Below are positions 47,394 to 58,838 of a stretch of DNA of 64,000 nt, in pieces. Source of the stretch: Candidatus Kaelpia imicola (GTDB taxonomy: Bacteria; Omnitrophota; Gorgyraeia; Kaelpiales; Kaelpiaceae). Position numbers and translations under genes: made by a program. A model generated the notes under the pieces. That model made no database searches. It had not been told where the DNA came from and worked only from the letters and a program-made list of their open reading frames with translations. The number at the start of each line of letters is the position of its first letter. Within the stretch, counting starts at the first letter, position 1. The DNA lies in contig JAVCCL010000001.1 of assembly GCA_030765505.1 (NCBI GenBank), forward strand, positions 12,306-76,305. The letters are read 5' to 3'.

Positions 47394-48140
47394 ATGAAAT
47401 GTGTAGTTTTTGATTGTGAGACTACGGGTTTAAGTTCTTATTCAGGTGATAAAATCTGTGAGATTGGAGCGATTAAGTTAAAGGGTGATAAGATTATAGA
47501 TAAATATTGGCATCTGATCAATCCCGGAAGAGATATATCTTATGCAGCTTATATGGTAAACAAGATAACTCCAAGCATGTTAAGAGATGCTCCAACAATA
47601 GGGGAGATACTGCCGTCATTTTTAAAGTTTATAGAAGGTAATAAGCTTGCTGCCTATAATGCAGGGTTTGATATCTCTTTTCTGAATTCGGCGCTCCATG
47701 ACTGCGGTTATAAAGATATCGATTCCAAGGAAGTCGTAGATATTTATATTTTAGCAAAGAAGATGTTGCCTGATTTAGACAAGTATCCTCTTTGGAATGT
47801 AGCTAAAAGTCTCCAGTTGCCAGTTATTGCGACTCACCGTGCTTTAGCCGATGCTCAGCTTACTGCAGATGTTTTTTTAAAGCTGATTGAAATGGGGGCT
47901 GATAAGTTTTTAAAGAGAGTATATTTAGATTATACTCAGAAGATAAAGGTTATTGAAAGTGCAATACGCAGTAAGCAGTCTCTTAAGATTAGATTTGCCA
48001 ACAACAGCGGTAATATTTCAGAAAAGAATATAGTGCCTTACAGAATAAAAGAGCTTAATGGAGAAGAGGTTTTGGATTTTGAATCTGAATATCCGCCTAA
48101 CTCTATAGCTTTACACCTTATTGAGGAAGCGGTGTTATGA
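47394..48140 (+). CDS. DnaQ-like DEDDh 3'-5' exonuclease with a ~80-aa C-terminal extension
   Basis: Exo I is VVFDCETTGL. Exo II is AYNAGFDISFL. Exo III is HRALADAQLTADVF. Confidence 0.75.
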   Translation: MKCVVFDCETTGLSSYSGDKICEIGAIKLKGDKIIDKYWHLINPGRDISYAAYMVNKITPSMLRDAPTIGEILPSFLKFIEGNKLAAYNAGFDISFLNSALHDCGYKDIDSKEVVDIYILAKKMLPDLDKYPLWNVAKSLQLPVIATHRALADAQLTADVFLKLIEMGADKFLKRVYLDYTQKIKVIESAIRSKQSLKIRFANNSGNISEKNIVPYRIKELNGEEVLDFESEYPPNSIALHLIEEAVL

Positions 48141-48952
48141 TTTTAGCTTCGATTACAATGCTCTCTATAGCGGTATTTTTTGCTTTTATTGTCTGGTTAG
48201 TCTATAAAAGATTTTGGATTAAGATTAACCCTGAACTAGAGAAAGCCATAGAGATGCTTACTGGTTTAAATTGCGGTGCCTGCGGTTTCTCCAGTTGTGA
48301 AAGTTTTGCCAGAGCTCTCTCTGAAAGTAAAGAGGTGCGATGTCCAATGCTTGATAGTGACAAGATGTCAAAACTCTGTAATATATTAGGAACTAAGGGC
48401 GTTGAATCAACTCTTAAGAGAGCCGTAGTGCTTTGCAAGGGTACTGATAAAGATAAGAAGTTTTATGCTCGGTATAGAGGGATAGAGAGTTGCCATGCTG
48501 CAAGTCTCAATGCTGCTTATCAGGGATGTAGTTATGGCTGCCTTGGTTTTGGCGATTGCAGCAAGGTCTGCCCTGTATCTGCAATATCGATAAAAGATGG
48601 TCTTGCTATTATTGATATAAACAGATGTATCGGTTGCGGACTCTGTATCAAAGAATGTTCCAGGGGTATTATTACACTTGTTGATTATAACGGAAAGTTT
48701 ATTGTTTATGTAGCCTGTTCTAATAAAGATAGCGCTTTAGAAGTTAAGGAGGTTTGCAAGGTTGGCTGTATTGGCTGTAATCTATGTGTTAAGTTGTTAT
48801 CTGAGGGTAGTTTTAAGATAGAAGATAACCTTGCCAGGGTGAGTTGTGGCGGTAACGGTTTGGATAGAGAGGAAGAGTATAAAAAAGTGATAGATAAGTG
48901 CCCTACGCATACTATAGAGATAGAATATTCAAAAAAGAGAGCAGGGATTTAA
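48137..48952 (+). CDS. RnfB-like Fe-S protein (N-terminal TM, CxxCGxxxC cluster, two 4Fe-4S ferredoxin motifs)
   Basis: LNCGACGFSSCESFARAL (RnfB-type), CIGCGLCIKEC and CIGCNLCVKL. There is an ATGA overlap with the exonuclease gene. Confidence 0.7.
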   Translation: MILASITMLSIAVFFAFIVWLVYKRFWIKINPELEKAIEMLTGLNCGACGFSSCESFARALSESKEVRCPMLDSDKMSKLCNILGTKGVESTLKRAVVLCKGTDKDKKFYARYRGIESCHAASLNAAYQGCSYGCLGFGDCSKVCPVSAISIKDGLAIIDINRCIGCGLCIKECSRGIITLVDYNGKFIVYVACSNKDSALEVKEVCKVGCIGCNLCVKLLSEGSFKIEDNLARVSCGGNGLDREEEYKKVIDKCPTHTIEIEYSKKRAGI

Positions 48953-48953
48953 A

Positions 48954-51104
<2,151 letters not shown>

Positions 51105-51111
51105 AAATGAT

Positions 51112-51188
<77 letters not shown>

Positions 51189-51254
51189 CCTTTCATTTAC
51201 TTGACATAATTTTATGAATATGGTAGTTTTTAAAATTACCTTTATATTAAGGCA

Positions 51255-51686
51255 ATGAAAACATATATGAAAAGAAAAGAAGATGTGGTGAGTAGGAAAT
51301 GCTACCTTGTTGATGCCGAGGACAAAATATTGGGTAGACTTAGTACTGCTATAGCTAAACTGCTGATGGGTAAAGACTCTCCGGATTACACCCCTCATGT
51401 TGATTCTGGGGCTACCGTGATTGTAGTAAATGCTGAAAAAGTTAAGCTTAGCGGTAAAAAATCTATGACTAAGAGTTACCAGAGCTATAGCGGTTATCCT
51501 GGAGGGTTAAAAGAGACCAATATAAGAGATATGCTTGTCCGTAAACCTGGATATGTTATAAGACATGCTGTTAAAGGCATGATATCTAAAAATAAGCTCT
51601 CAGCGCGTAGGATGGCTAGGCTTAAGGTCTATAAAGGGTCTGAACATCCTCATAGAGCTCAAAATCCGATACCTTTGGAGGATTAA
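51255..51686 (+). CDS. rplM: 50S ribosomal protein L13
   Basis: YLVDAEDKILGRLSTAIAKLLMGK and VVNAEKVKLSGKK. Confidence 0.9.
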   Translation: MKTYMKRKEDVVSRKCYLVDAEDKILGRLSTAIAKLLMGKDSPDYTPHVDSGATVIVVNAEKVKLSGKKSMTKSYQSYSGYPGGLKETNIRDMLVRKPGYVIRHAVKGMISKNKLSARRMARLKVYKGSEHPHRAQNPIPLED

Positions 51687-51688
51687 GT

Positions 51689-52096
51689 ATGGCGAATACA
51701 GAAGTCCAAAAGATAAAAGTGCTTGCGACTGGTAAGAGAAAGACTTCGGTAGCCAGGGTACACCTAAAAGAAGGTAGCGGTAAGATTATTGTAAACGGTA
51801 AAGGGCTTAGCGAGTATTTTCCAAGATTACTATATAGACAGCAGGTAACGGCACCCCTAGAGGCAGTCGGAGCTTTAAAGAGGTTTGATGTAAAAGCGAA
51901 GGCAGAAGGGGGAGGACTTACCGGGCAAGCTGGAGCTGTTGGTTTGGGTGTTGCACGGGCGCTTGTTCTCTATGATGAATCACACCGAGTGCTATTAAGA
52001 GAGAAAAACCTCTTAACTCGCGATCCCAGAATGGTAGAGAGAAAAAAATACGGACTTAGAAAAGCAAGACGGGCGCCTCAGTATTCGAAACGTTAG
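51689..52096 (+). CDS. rpsI: 30S ribosomal protein S9
   Basis: GKRKTSVARV and a C-terminal RRAPQYSKR. Confidence 0.9.
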   Translation: MANTEVQKIKVLATGKRKTSVARVHLKEGSGKIIVNGKGLSEYFPRLLYRQQVTAPLEAVGALKRFDVKAKAEGGGLTGQAGAVGLGVARALVLYDESHRVLLREKNLLTRDPRMVERKKYGLRKARRAPQYSKR

Positions 52097-53535
52097 TCTA
52101 ATTCGAAAAGAACAGTTCCGCCGTCGATCTTAATGATTCTTAATCTCTCCTTATTTTTGTTTATCCAAGGATAGATATATTTTATCATCTCAGAGTTAAG
52201 TCTATCAGCCAATATATGGGTTACCCCTTTTTTTTCTATATGAGTTGTTATCTTTTTCATGTCGTAGCTATAAGGTATATAGGTGCCTTTTCTTGATGAG
52301 AGCATATATATTAAGGCAGTATTTTTAGATAGTATTACAGATTCTTGAGAAGTATTCTCTTTAATCCAACTGCTTAATTGAACTACTTCATTGACCTCTG
52401 CCGGATATATCTTATTTACGGTTATTTCAAGTAACAGTTCTTTAAGCCCGGAGTAAAGGATGGATAGTATAATCGTTAGGTATATTATTCTTTTGATAGT
52501 TGAGGGGATTCTTATGATCAGCGATTTGAGTCCCCAATATAGGTAGATAAGTATTATAAATAAGATAGGATATATAAATCTTGTGCTTTGCCATGGCCAG
52601 ACAATAAAGAAAAAGAGATAAGTAGCAAAAAAAACAAAGAAGCTCTTTTTATAAAAATTAGGTTTTATGCTATATATACCCGAACATAGTAATGTCCAGA
52701 ACAATGTTGCATAGAGCAATATTCCCGAAGAGGGAAGATTAAATATTTCTCTGGGTATATTTAGAAAATAAAATTTAATATTATCTATTACTCTGGCTAT
52801 TAAACATTCAATATCGATATATCCTTGTTGAGGCGTAAAATCATCTTTGTATAAAAGATATTTAATATGGTAAAGATTGTTTTCTGGAGCTGTTCTTGAT
52901 TGAATGATATATATGGTTATTATGGTTATTGTAGTTAAGATTGCCGTAGTTATGAAAAGGTTTCGATCTTTTTTGGCGTAGCTATAGATAAAGAGAGGTA
53001 CCAATATGATAATGCCTATCGTACGAGTGAATATCAAAGAATACATTGTTGCCAAAAGTAGCCCCAAATATATTTTTTTATCTTTTTGGAAGTATCGGTT
53101 TAGCAACCATAAAGATAATAATAAAAAAAACATAAAAGGAGCTTCCGTAAGTATTTTATTGCTAAATCTAATAAAGATAGGCATGCTCATTAAAGATACT
53201 GAAAGCAGGAGCGCCTCTTTTTTGTTAAATAATTCTAAGGTTAAACTAAAAAACAGTAATATAGATAAGAGGCTGAAAACAAGCATAAGTATTTTTAATG
53301 GATAAGGGTTTAAACCAAATATTTTTATTAAAGGAGCTATGATGTATGGAAATATATAGTTATTATAAAAAACAGGATTATTATCTATTTCAGATATTGT
53401 TCTATAACCGTTACCGGATGCTATTGAATCTGCTGTTGTTATATATCTTGGACTATCAAAAGATATTTCTATGGCTGGGTCTACAAGCATTGCTCCGTAG
53501 AGAAGGATAAAGAAAAGGATGAGAAATCTTTTCAT
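52093..53535 (-). CDS. GT-C family polytopic membrane glycosyltransferase-like protein (paralog of 7231..8742)
   Basis: DSPRYITTADSIASGNGY loop and ~12 TM helices. Confidence 0.5.
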   Translation of the reverse strand: MKRFLILFFILLYGAMLVDPAIEISFDSPRYITTADSIASGNGYRTISEIDNNPVFYNNYIFPYIIAPLIKIFGLNPYPLKILMLVFSLLSILLFFSLTLELFNKKEALLLSVSLMSMPIFIRFSNKILTEAPFMFFLLLSLWLLNRYFQKDKKIYLGLLLATMYSLIFTRTIGIIILVPLFIYSYAKKDRNLFITTAILTTITIITIYIIQSRTAPENNLYHIKYLLYKDDFTPQQGYIDIECLIARVIDNIKFYFLNIPREIFNLPSSGILLYATLFWTLLCSGIYSIKPNFYKKSFFVFFATYLFFFIVWPWQSTRFIYPILFIILIYLYWGLKSLIIRIPSTIKRIIYLTIILSILYSGLKELLLEITVNKIYPAEVNEVVQLSSWIKENTSQESVILSKNTALIYMLSSRKGTYIPYSYDMKKITTHIEKKGVTHILADRLNSEMIKYIYPWINKNKERLRIIKIDGGTVLFELD

Positions 53536-53576
53536 CTAATTGGAGTAATAGATGAACATTGAAAATAGGCTGCTGG

Positions 53577-53954
53577 TTAACTTATCTCGAGTACTCTCTC
53601 TATGCATTTAATAAGCTCTTCCGGTGTTACTGGCTTGGCAAGGAAAGTTCTTCCCCCTATGGTTCCGTAGTGGGAGTCAACCTCTTTTTTGCGTGTTAGG
53701 GCTGTCACGAATACGATAGGAATGTTCTTTGTAATTTCGTCTTTTAGGAGATGTTCTGCAACCTCTGAGCCATCCATAACAGGCATTAGAAGATCTAGCA
53801 GTATAAGGTCTGGTTTTTCTTCTTTTGCTATCTCTATTCCTTCAGTACCGCTAATTACTGTTGAGACTTCAAATTTACCAGTATCTTCCAGATTCAGTTT
53901 CACAAAATGACAAAAATCTTCTTCGTCATCGATTAAAAGTATTTTTTTACTCAT
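53577..53954 (-). CDS. Single-domain response regulator receiver
   Basis: ILLIDDEED and LLDLLMPVMDG. Confidence 0.85.
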   Translation of the reverse strand: MSKKILLIDDEEDFCHFVKLNLEDTGKFEVSTVISGTEGIEIAKEEKPDLILLDLLMPVMDGSEVAEHLLKDEITKNIPIVFVTALTRKKEVDSHYGTIGGRTFLAKPVTPEELIKCIERVLEIS

Positions 53955-53968
53955 CTCTCTCCTCCTTT

Positions 53969-55405
53969 TTAAACCGGCAGTTTAATTCTTACTTCTGTGC
54001 CTTCCCTGTATTTACTCTTTATATCTATTGTACCATGATGCCTTCTTATTATACCTCTAGTTACCGGGAGCCCTAATCCGGCTGACTCTCTACTTCTTTT
54101 AGTAGTGAAGAAAGGATCAAATATTTTGTCGAGATTATCTTCCGAGATTCCGCAACCATTATCATTAAATATTATTTCAACAAAGTTCTGTTTATCTTCA
54201 GTTGTTTTATCAACAGATATATTTAAATTACCCCCGTCTCTCATAGCGTCCACAGCGTTCATGACTATATTTAAAAAAACCTGCTTCATCGGGTTTTCGT
54301 CTATATTTACCTTGGGTATCCCAGGGGTGAATTTTGTTTCTACTGTTATACTCTTAATGTCCATCTGATATTTTGTTAGAGATAGGGTCTCTTTAACAAG
54401 GTACACAATATCCGATTTTTTAAATTTCGGAAATGCCGGCTGTGAATAATCTAAAAGATCTATTATTATCTTATCTGCTCTTAAGGCAGCCTTCTTTATT
54501 CTATCCGCTGCATCTATTAGCTTGGGGTCGACAGAAATTTTCTTAAGATATTCAATCCCTTGGATAATAATAGTAAGAGGGTTTTTAATTTCATGGGCAA
54601 CACCTGCAGATAGTTGGCCTAAAGATGCCATCTTCTCTGCTTGGACAAGTTGGTTTTGCGCTTCTTTTAAATCATCTATCATTTTGTTGAAGGCATTTGC
54701 TAAATCGCCAATTTCATCCGTTGATTTTATAGATACCTTTTTTTCAAATCTACCTTTTCCTATCTCTAAAATATTATCTCTTAATTTGGATAGAGGCGTT
54801 GTTATCGTATCCCTGAAATAAATCACACTAAACAATATTAGAAGTATATTGATAAATAATCCTCCCAGTGCTATCACATAGAGGAGATATTTTGTCCTCT
54901 CTTGGCCTGAGCGCATCATTAATATTTCTTCGTAAACAAATTGATGAAATTTCTCAGAGATCATTAAAGTGTTGGATAGCTTAAACTCTAGTTTTTTAAG
55001 TAAGGCTTCGGTTTCAAACAGAGGCCTATCTTCCTCTATATTAAATATTTCAAAGGCAATTTTCTTAGCCTGAGCATATTCTGTTGTGACATAGTTTAAA
55101 AGCTGTCTGCCTTCAATTTTGCCTATTTCAAGCTGATATGTTTTATCCAGGAGTTCTTCTACATTGATACTTGTTTGTTGGAAGCTGTTCTTCTTCTGGT
55201 TAAAATCTTCAGTTGGTATTATTAGTTGTGCAAAAGAACGCTCTAAGTTTTTCGCTAAATTGAGTATCTCGATATCATTCTGTAGTTCCTCAATGTAGTA
55301 TTCATGGTGGTTGGCGATATATATGTAGCTAATTGTAATAATTGCTATTTCAATGATGAAGATAGTGAAGAAAATTCCAAATTTAAAACTTAATTTAATT
55401 CGCAT
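53969..55405 (-). CDS. Membrane sensor histidine kinase (TM-sensor-TM-HAMP-HisKA-HATPase_c)
   Basis: HisKA is VAHEIKNPLTII. HATPase is DNGCGISED..GLGLPVTRGII. Confidence 0.8.
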   Translation of the reverse strand: MRIKLSFKFGIFFTIFIIEIAIITISYIYIANHHEYYIEELQNDIEILNLAKNLERSFAQLIIPTEDFNQKKNSFQQTSINVEELLDKTYQLEIGKIEGRQLLNYVTTEYAQAKKIAFEIFNIEEDRPLFETEALLKKLEFKLSNTLMISEKFHQFVYEEILMMRSGQERTKYLLYVIALGGLFINILLILFSVIYFRDTITTPLSKLRDNILEIGKGRFEKKVSIKSTDEIGDLANAFNKMIDDLKEAQNQLVQAEKMASLGQLSAGVAHEIKNPLTIIIQGIEYLKKISVDPKLIDAADRIKKAALRADKIIIDLLDYSQPAFPKFKKSDIVYLVKETLSLTKYQMDIKSITVETKFTPGIPKVNIDENPMKQVFLNIVMNAVDAMRDGGNLNISVDKTTEDKQNFVEIIFNDNGCGISEDNLDKIFDPFFTTKRSRESAGLGLPVTRGIIRRHHGTIDIKSKYREGTEVRIKLPV

Positions 55406-55547
55406 TTCTTATATTTACAATATGTACAATAATATAAACTAAACTATTATATACCTTTATTTTATTTCTTCAAAATGTAAAATGTATATAAGGCTATGTT
55501 GCTTGAAATAATTTCTTTTATCTGGTATAAGGATAGAACCCTAATAT

Positions 55548-55623
55548 CGGGGTGTGGCTCAGCTTGGTTTAGAGCGCCTGGTTTGGGACCAGGAGGTCGG
55601 GAGTTCGAATCTCCCCACCCCGA
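55548..55623 (+). tRNA. tRNA-Pro (UGG)
   Basis: Hand-folded: acceptor CGGGGTG/CACCCCG, D arm GCTC..GAGC, anticodon stem CCTGG/CCAGG with loop TTTGGGA, and T arm GGGAG-TTCGAAT-CTCCC. Confidence 0.85.
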
Positions 55624-55662
55624 TTGCAATATTATAGAATAGAGCTACAATATGTTAAATAT

Positions 55663-55850
55663 GCGCCTGTAGCTCAATCGGATAGAGCATCTGCCTTCTA
55701 AGCCGAACCAGCCCATTTCCCTAACCCTTTGATTTAACTGTAAATGTATTATCTATCAAGTAATTGTCCCAAAATCCAAAGTACACTGAAGTACATTGAC
55801 GTACATCTAAATTGTCCCCAGATTGTCCCCCAAGGAGAGGCTATGATGTA
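55663..55850 (+). repeat. Direct repeat copy 1 (~190 bp), beginning with a 5' half of a tRNA-Arg(UCU)-like sequence (acceptor, D arm, anticodon arm) and lacking the T arm
   Basis: GCGCCTGTAGCTCAATCGGATAGAGCATCTGCCTTCTAAGC... followed by internal GTACA(T/C)TGA and ATTGTCCCCA sub-repeats. It is ~90% identical to copy 2. Confidence 0.7.
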
Positions 55851-56011
55851 TGCCATAAGTAATAAGATTTTGTCGTAGTTACTAAATAAGGAGCTGGCGA
55901 AGGTTGATTGGGTAAGTGTATTAATAATTGTTTAAGCAACGTTTATACTTGTAGCTTTAGTGATCCAAGCCTATCCATAACTAGAGAATCTGTTATTTTT
56001 TAATTTTGTTA

Positions 56012-56038
56012 TTGACAACTATAAATTAGGTGTATAAT
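56012..56038 (+). promoter_or_regulatory. Sigma70-like promoter upstream of the 56068 ORF (TTGACA, 15-nt spacer, TATAAT)
   Basis: TTGACA at 56012-56017 and TATAAT at 56033-56038. Confidence 0.3.
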
Positions 56039-56067
56039 TACGCATTAAATTTAACTTATACTTAAAT

Positions 56068-56709
56068 ATGTCAAAATTTAGTTTTATAGGGTGTATTGAA
56101 ATTAAAGAATTGCTTGGTAAGAGAGCAGGGGATGAATTAAAGCTGCTTGAATACATCGAGGAAGTCTCTCTAGATTGCATATATTATCATACTCATAGTT
56201 ATTTTTTAAGGCATTATTATCTTGCAGGATCTTATCCCAATGATTTTGCTAATTGGGTTGCAATTCAAGTAAGAGATAGAGTTTTAGGTGAAAAACTGGC
56301 CTCCGTAACCCCCCATGGATTTAAAAGCTTAGAAGATGTAAGAGCAGAGTTAATAGAGATTATAGATAGGCATTTATCTTCAATTGAAATAATACCCCGA
56401 GTTGTATATGGTGAATCTTTTTATTTTATGAAGTCTAGAATAATTGAAATTCCCATAGGTGTTGAAGTGAATAATTTTGAAGAGTTTAAAGGTGTTTTAA
56501 AAACAGTAGATGCAAGTTCCATTTATTACCATATTTTTGAGTCAAGATTGAGAAATAAAAAAGGTAGTAGTGATTTTGCAATCTGGCTTAAAGATGAGTT
56601 AGGTCTAAATGTGCTCGCTGAACAGATTGAATTATTAGATTGTTATATGTATAGTTTGGAAGATCTAAGATCTAAATTGATAGATTTATGCAATCAAGTC
56701 GAAGAATAG
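56068..56709 (+). CDS. Hypothetical protein (213 aa), coupled to the downstream TreT-like gene
   Basis: Intact ORF with no motif I recognise. It ends 3 nt before the GT4 gene start. Confidence 0.5.
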   Translation: MSKFSFIGCIEIKELLGKRAGDELKLLEYIEEVSLDCIYYHTHSYFLRHYYLAGSYPNDFANWVAIQVRDRVLGEKLASVTPHGFKSLEDVRAELIEIIDRHLSSIEIIPRVVYGESFYFMKSRIIEIPIGVEVNNFEEFKGVLKTVDASSIYYHIFESRLRNKKGSSDFAIWLKDELGLNVLAEQIELLDCYMYSLEDLRSKLIDLCNQVEE

Positions 56710-56712
56710 ATT

Positions 56713-57924
56713 ATGAATGATAAATTGACAATTGAATTATATAAAGATATAGCTCCAGCCGGTACGGTTGATTTAATTAAGAGGCTTGTAGAAAAATTAC
56801 AAGGTAAGTCTGTTTTACATGTTAATTCTACTCGTTTAGGTGGTGGTGTAGCTGAAATGTTATTGAGGCTTGTACCTATGTTTAATGAGCTTGGAGTAAA
56901 ATCTAATTGGGATGTGGTAAAAGGTTCAGACCTTTTTTATAAAACAACGAAATGTTTTCATAATGCTCTGCAGGGAGATGAGCAGAATATAACTGCAGAT
57001 ATGTATGAAGAATATCTAAGAGTCAACAGGGAGAATGCAGATAATATGAATTTTAATGATGATATAATTGTAATACACGATCCTCAACCAGCAGCGTTTA
57101 TAAAAAATAGAAACAATAGTTCGAAATGGATATGGAGATGTCATATAGACATATCAAGGCCACAGAGAAAAGTATGGCAATTTTTAAAAGAGTTTGTAAA
57201 TAGTTATGATGCAGCTATATTCTCTTTACCCAAGTTTGCACAGAATATTAATATTCCGCAGTTTTTGATATATCCATCAATAGATCCGTTAAGTGATAAA
57301 AATAAAGAGATTTCTCGTAAGGAGATTAATCAGGTATTAAAAAAATTCAACATTCCTATGGATAAGCCCATTATTTTACAGGTATCGCGGTTTGATAAAT
57401 TTAAAGATCCTATAGGAGTTATTAAGGCGTACCAAATGGTTAAAAAATTTAATGATTGCTACCTTATTCTTGCTGGCGGAGGGGCTAGCGATGACCCTGA
57501 AGGTCAAGAGGTTTTGAATAGAGTGTACGAGGAAGCATCTCATGACAAAGACATATATGTTCTGGATTTACCACCAGATGCAAATATAGAAATAAATGCA
57601 TTGCAACGGTCTGCCTCTGTAGTATTGCAAAAATCTACAAAGGAGGGATTTGGCTTAACTGTTGCCGAAGCTATGTGGAAAGGAAAACCTGTTATAGGAG
57701 GCGCTGTAGGTGGTATTGCAACTCAAATAGTTTACGGGATAACTGGATTTACTGTTAATTCCATAGAAGGTTGTGCTTATAGGATACGTTATCTTTTAAA
57801 CAACCCTGTGATTGCCAAAAAAATAGGTAAAGATGCTAAAGAGTATACAAGGAGAAATTTTTTAATAACAAGACATATGTTGGATTATATAGCTCTTATG
57901 TACTCTGTTTTGAACGGAAAATAA
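56713..57924 (+). CDS. GT4 retaining glycosyltransferase, TreT-like (trehalose glycosyltransferring synthase family)
   Basis: VLHVNSTRLGGGVAEML..LVP, TTKCFHNALQG, HDPQPAAF, WIWRCHIDIS and EGFGLTVAEAMWKGKPVIGG are collinear with archaeal/bacterial TreT as I recall it. Confidence 0.7.
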   Translation: MNDKLTIELYKDIAPAGTVDLIKRLVEKLQGKSVLHVNSTRLGGGVAEMLLRLVPMFNELGVKSNWDVVKGSDLFYKTTKCFHNALQGDEQNITADMYEEYLRVNRENADNMNFNDDIIVIHDPQPAAFIKNRNNSSKWIWRCHIDISRPQRKVWQFLKEFVNSYDAAIFSLPKFAQNINIPQFLIYPSIDPLSDKNKEISRKEINQVLKKFNIPMDKPIILQVSRFDKFKDPIGVIKAYQMVKKFNDCYLILAGGGASDDPEGQEVLNRVYEEASHDKDIYVLDLPPDANIEINALQRSASVVLQKSTKEGFGLTVAEAMWKGKPVIGGAVGGIATQIVYGITGFTVNSIEGCAYRIRYLLNNPVIAKKIGKDAKEYTRRNFLITRHMLDYIALMYSVLNGK

Positions 57925-58130
57925 AGAATGAGTGAAGAAATAAAGAAAGCCCAAGCAAGATAGGGGAGAGCGTAAAAAGTGGCTAGGAGTATGAGTGTTA
58001 TTATTGGAGTTCCGTGCCTCCGGTAAGCCTAACAATTTTCTCCAATTTTCGTCTACTGTAAGGTAGTTTCAGTTTTAATTTAAAAGTATAAGATTGAAAT
58101 TCCCTTTTCTTTATGTTATTAAATTACAAT

Positions 58131-58326
58131 GCGCCTGTAGCTCAATCGGACAGAGCATCTGCCTTCTAAGCAGAACCAGCCCAATTCCCTAACTCATTGA
58201 TTTAACTGTAAATGTATTATCTATCAAACAATTATCCTAAAATCCAAAGTACACTGAAGTACATTGACGTACATCTACGTACATTTAAATTGTCCCCATA
58301 TTGTCCCCAGGGTAGAGGGTGGTGTA
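58131..58326 (+). repeat. Direct repeat copy 2 (~190 bp), beginning with a 5' half of a tRNA-Arg(UCU)-like sequence
   Basis: GCGCCTGTAGCTCAATCGGACAGAGCATCTGCCTTCTAAGCAGAACC... Here the anticodon stem pairs properly (TCTGC/GCAGA). The same internal sub-repeats occur as in copy 1. Confidence 0.7.
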
Positions 58327-58499
58327 CTTGCTAAAGCTTTGCTCTAACAATAATTCAGAGTAACAGTTCAGCTATCAAAAGTAACTCATCCCTTTTAATA
58401 TAGCACTATATCTTTAAACCCTCCTTTTGCCACTCTGTAATAGCTCCGTAATAGTGCTTGACAGAGCCTATCTTTTAGACTATAATCTGATATGTTGAT

Positions 58500-58832
58500 A
58501 TGATATCAGATAAGGTAAAGCTTATGGATGAAAAGAAGATACTTAAAGAACGCCGTAAGATATATGGTCAAATGCCCATGGTTGAGGAGTCTATCCGCGG
58601 TTCATTAGTTGTAATGAGAAGAACCTGCGGGAAAGCTAATTGCCGCTGTCAAAAGGGCCAAAAACACAGAGCAATGTACTTATCTCAAAGTCACAACGGT
58701 AAGACACGCATGATATATATCCCGAAGAACATGGAAAAGAGGGTGGATCAGTATATTAAGAATTACCAAAAGATAAAAAGTGTTTTGAACCGCTTATCAG
58801 ATATTAATATAAAATTGCTTACCAAAAGGTAA
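58500..58832 (+). CDS. Hypothetical small protein inside the IS66-like element (Cys-rich CGKANCRCQKG)
   Basis: 110-aa ORF immediately upstream of the transposase. It is not similar to the canonical IS66 TnpB. Confidence 0.4.
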   Translation: MISDKVKLMDEKKILKERRKIYGQMPMVEESIRGSLVVMRRTCGKANCRCQKGQKHRAMYLSQSHNGKTRMIYIPKNMEKRVDQYIKNYQKIKSVLNRLSDINIKLLTKR

Positions 58833-58838
58833 TAGAGG

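Noticed and set aside
55663-55706. Calling the tRNA-Arg(UCU)-like sequences (also at 58131-58174) functional tRNA genes
   Set aside because: Only the acceptor 5' strand, D arm and anticodon arm are present. No T arm or 3' acceptor strand follows, and copy 1 has a mismatch in the anticodon stem. These are tRNA fragments within repeats.
55663-58326. CRISPR array
   Set aside because: The only direct repeats are two ~190-bp copies 2.5 kb apart that enclose protein-coding genes. No short, regularly spaced repeats occur anywhere in the window.
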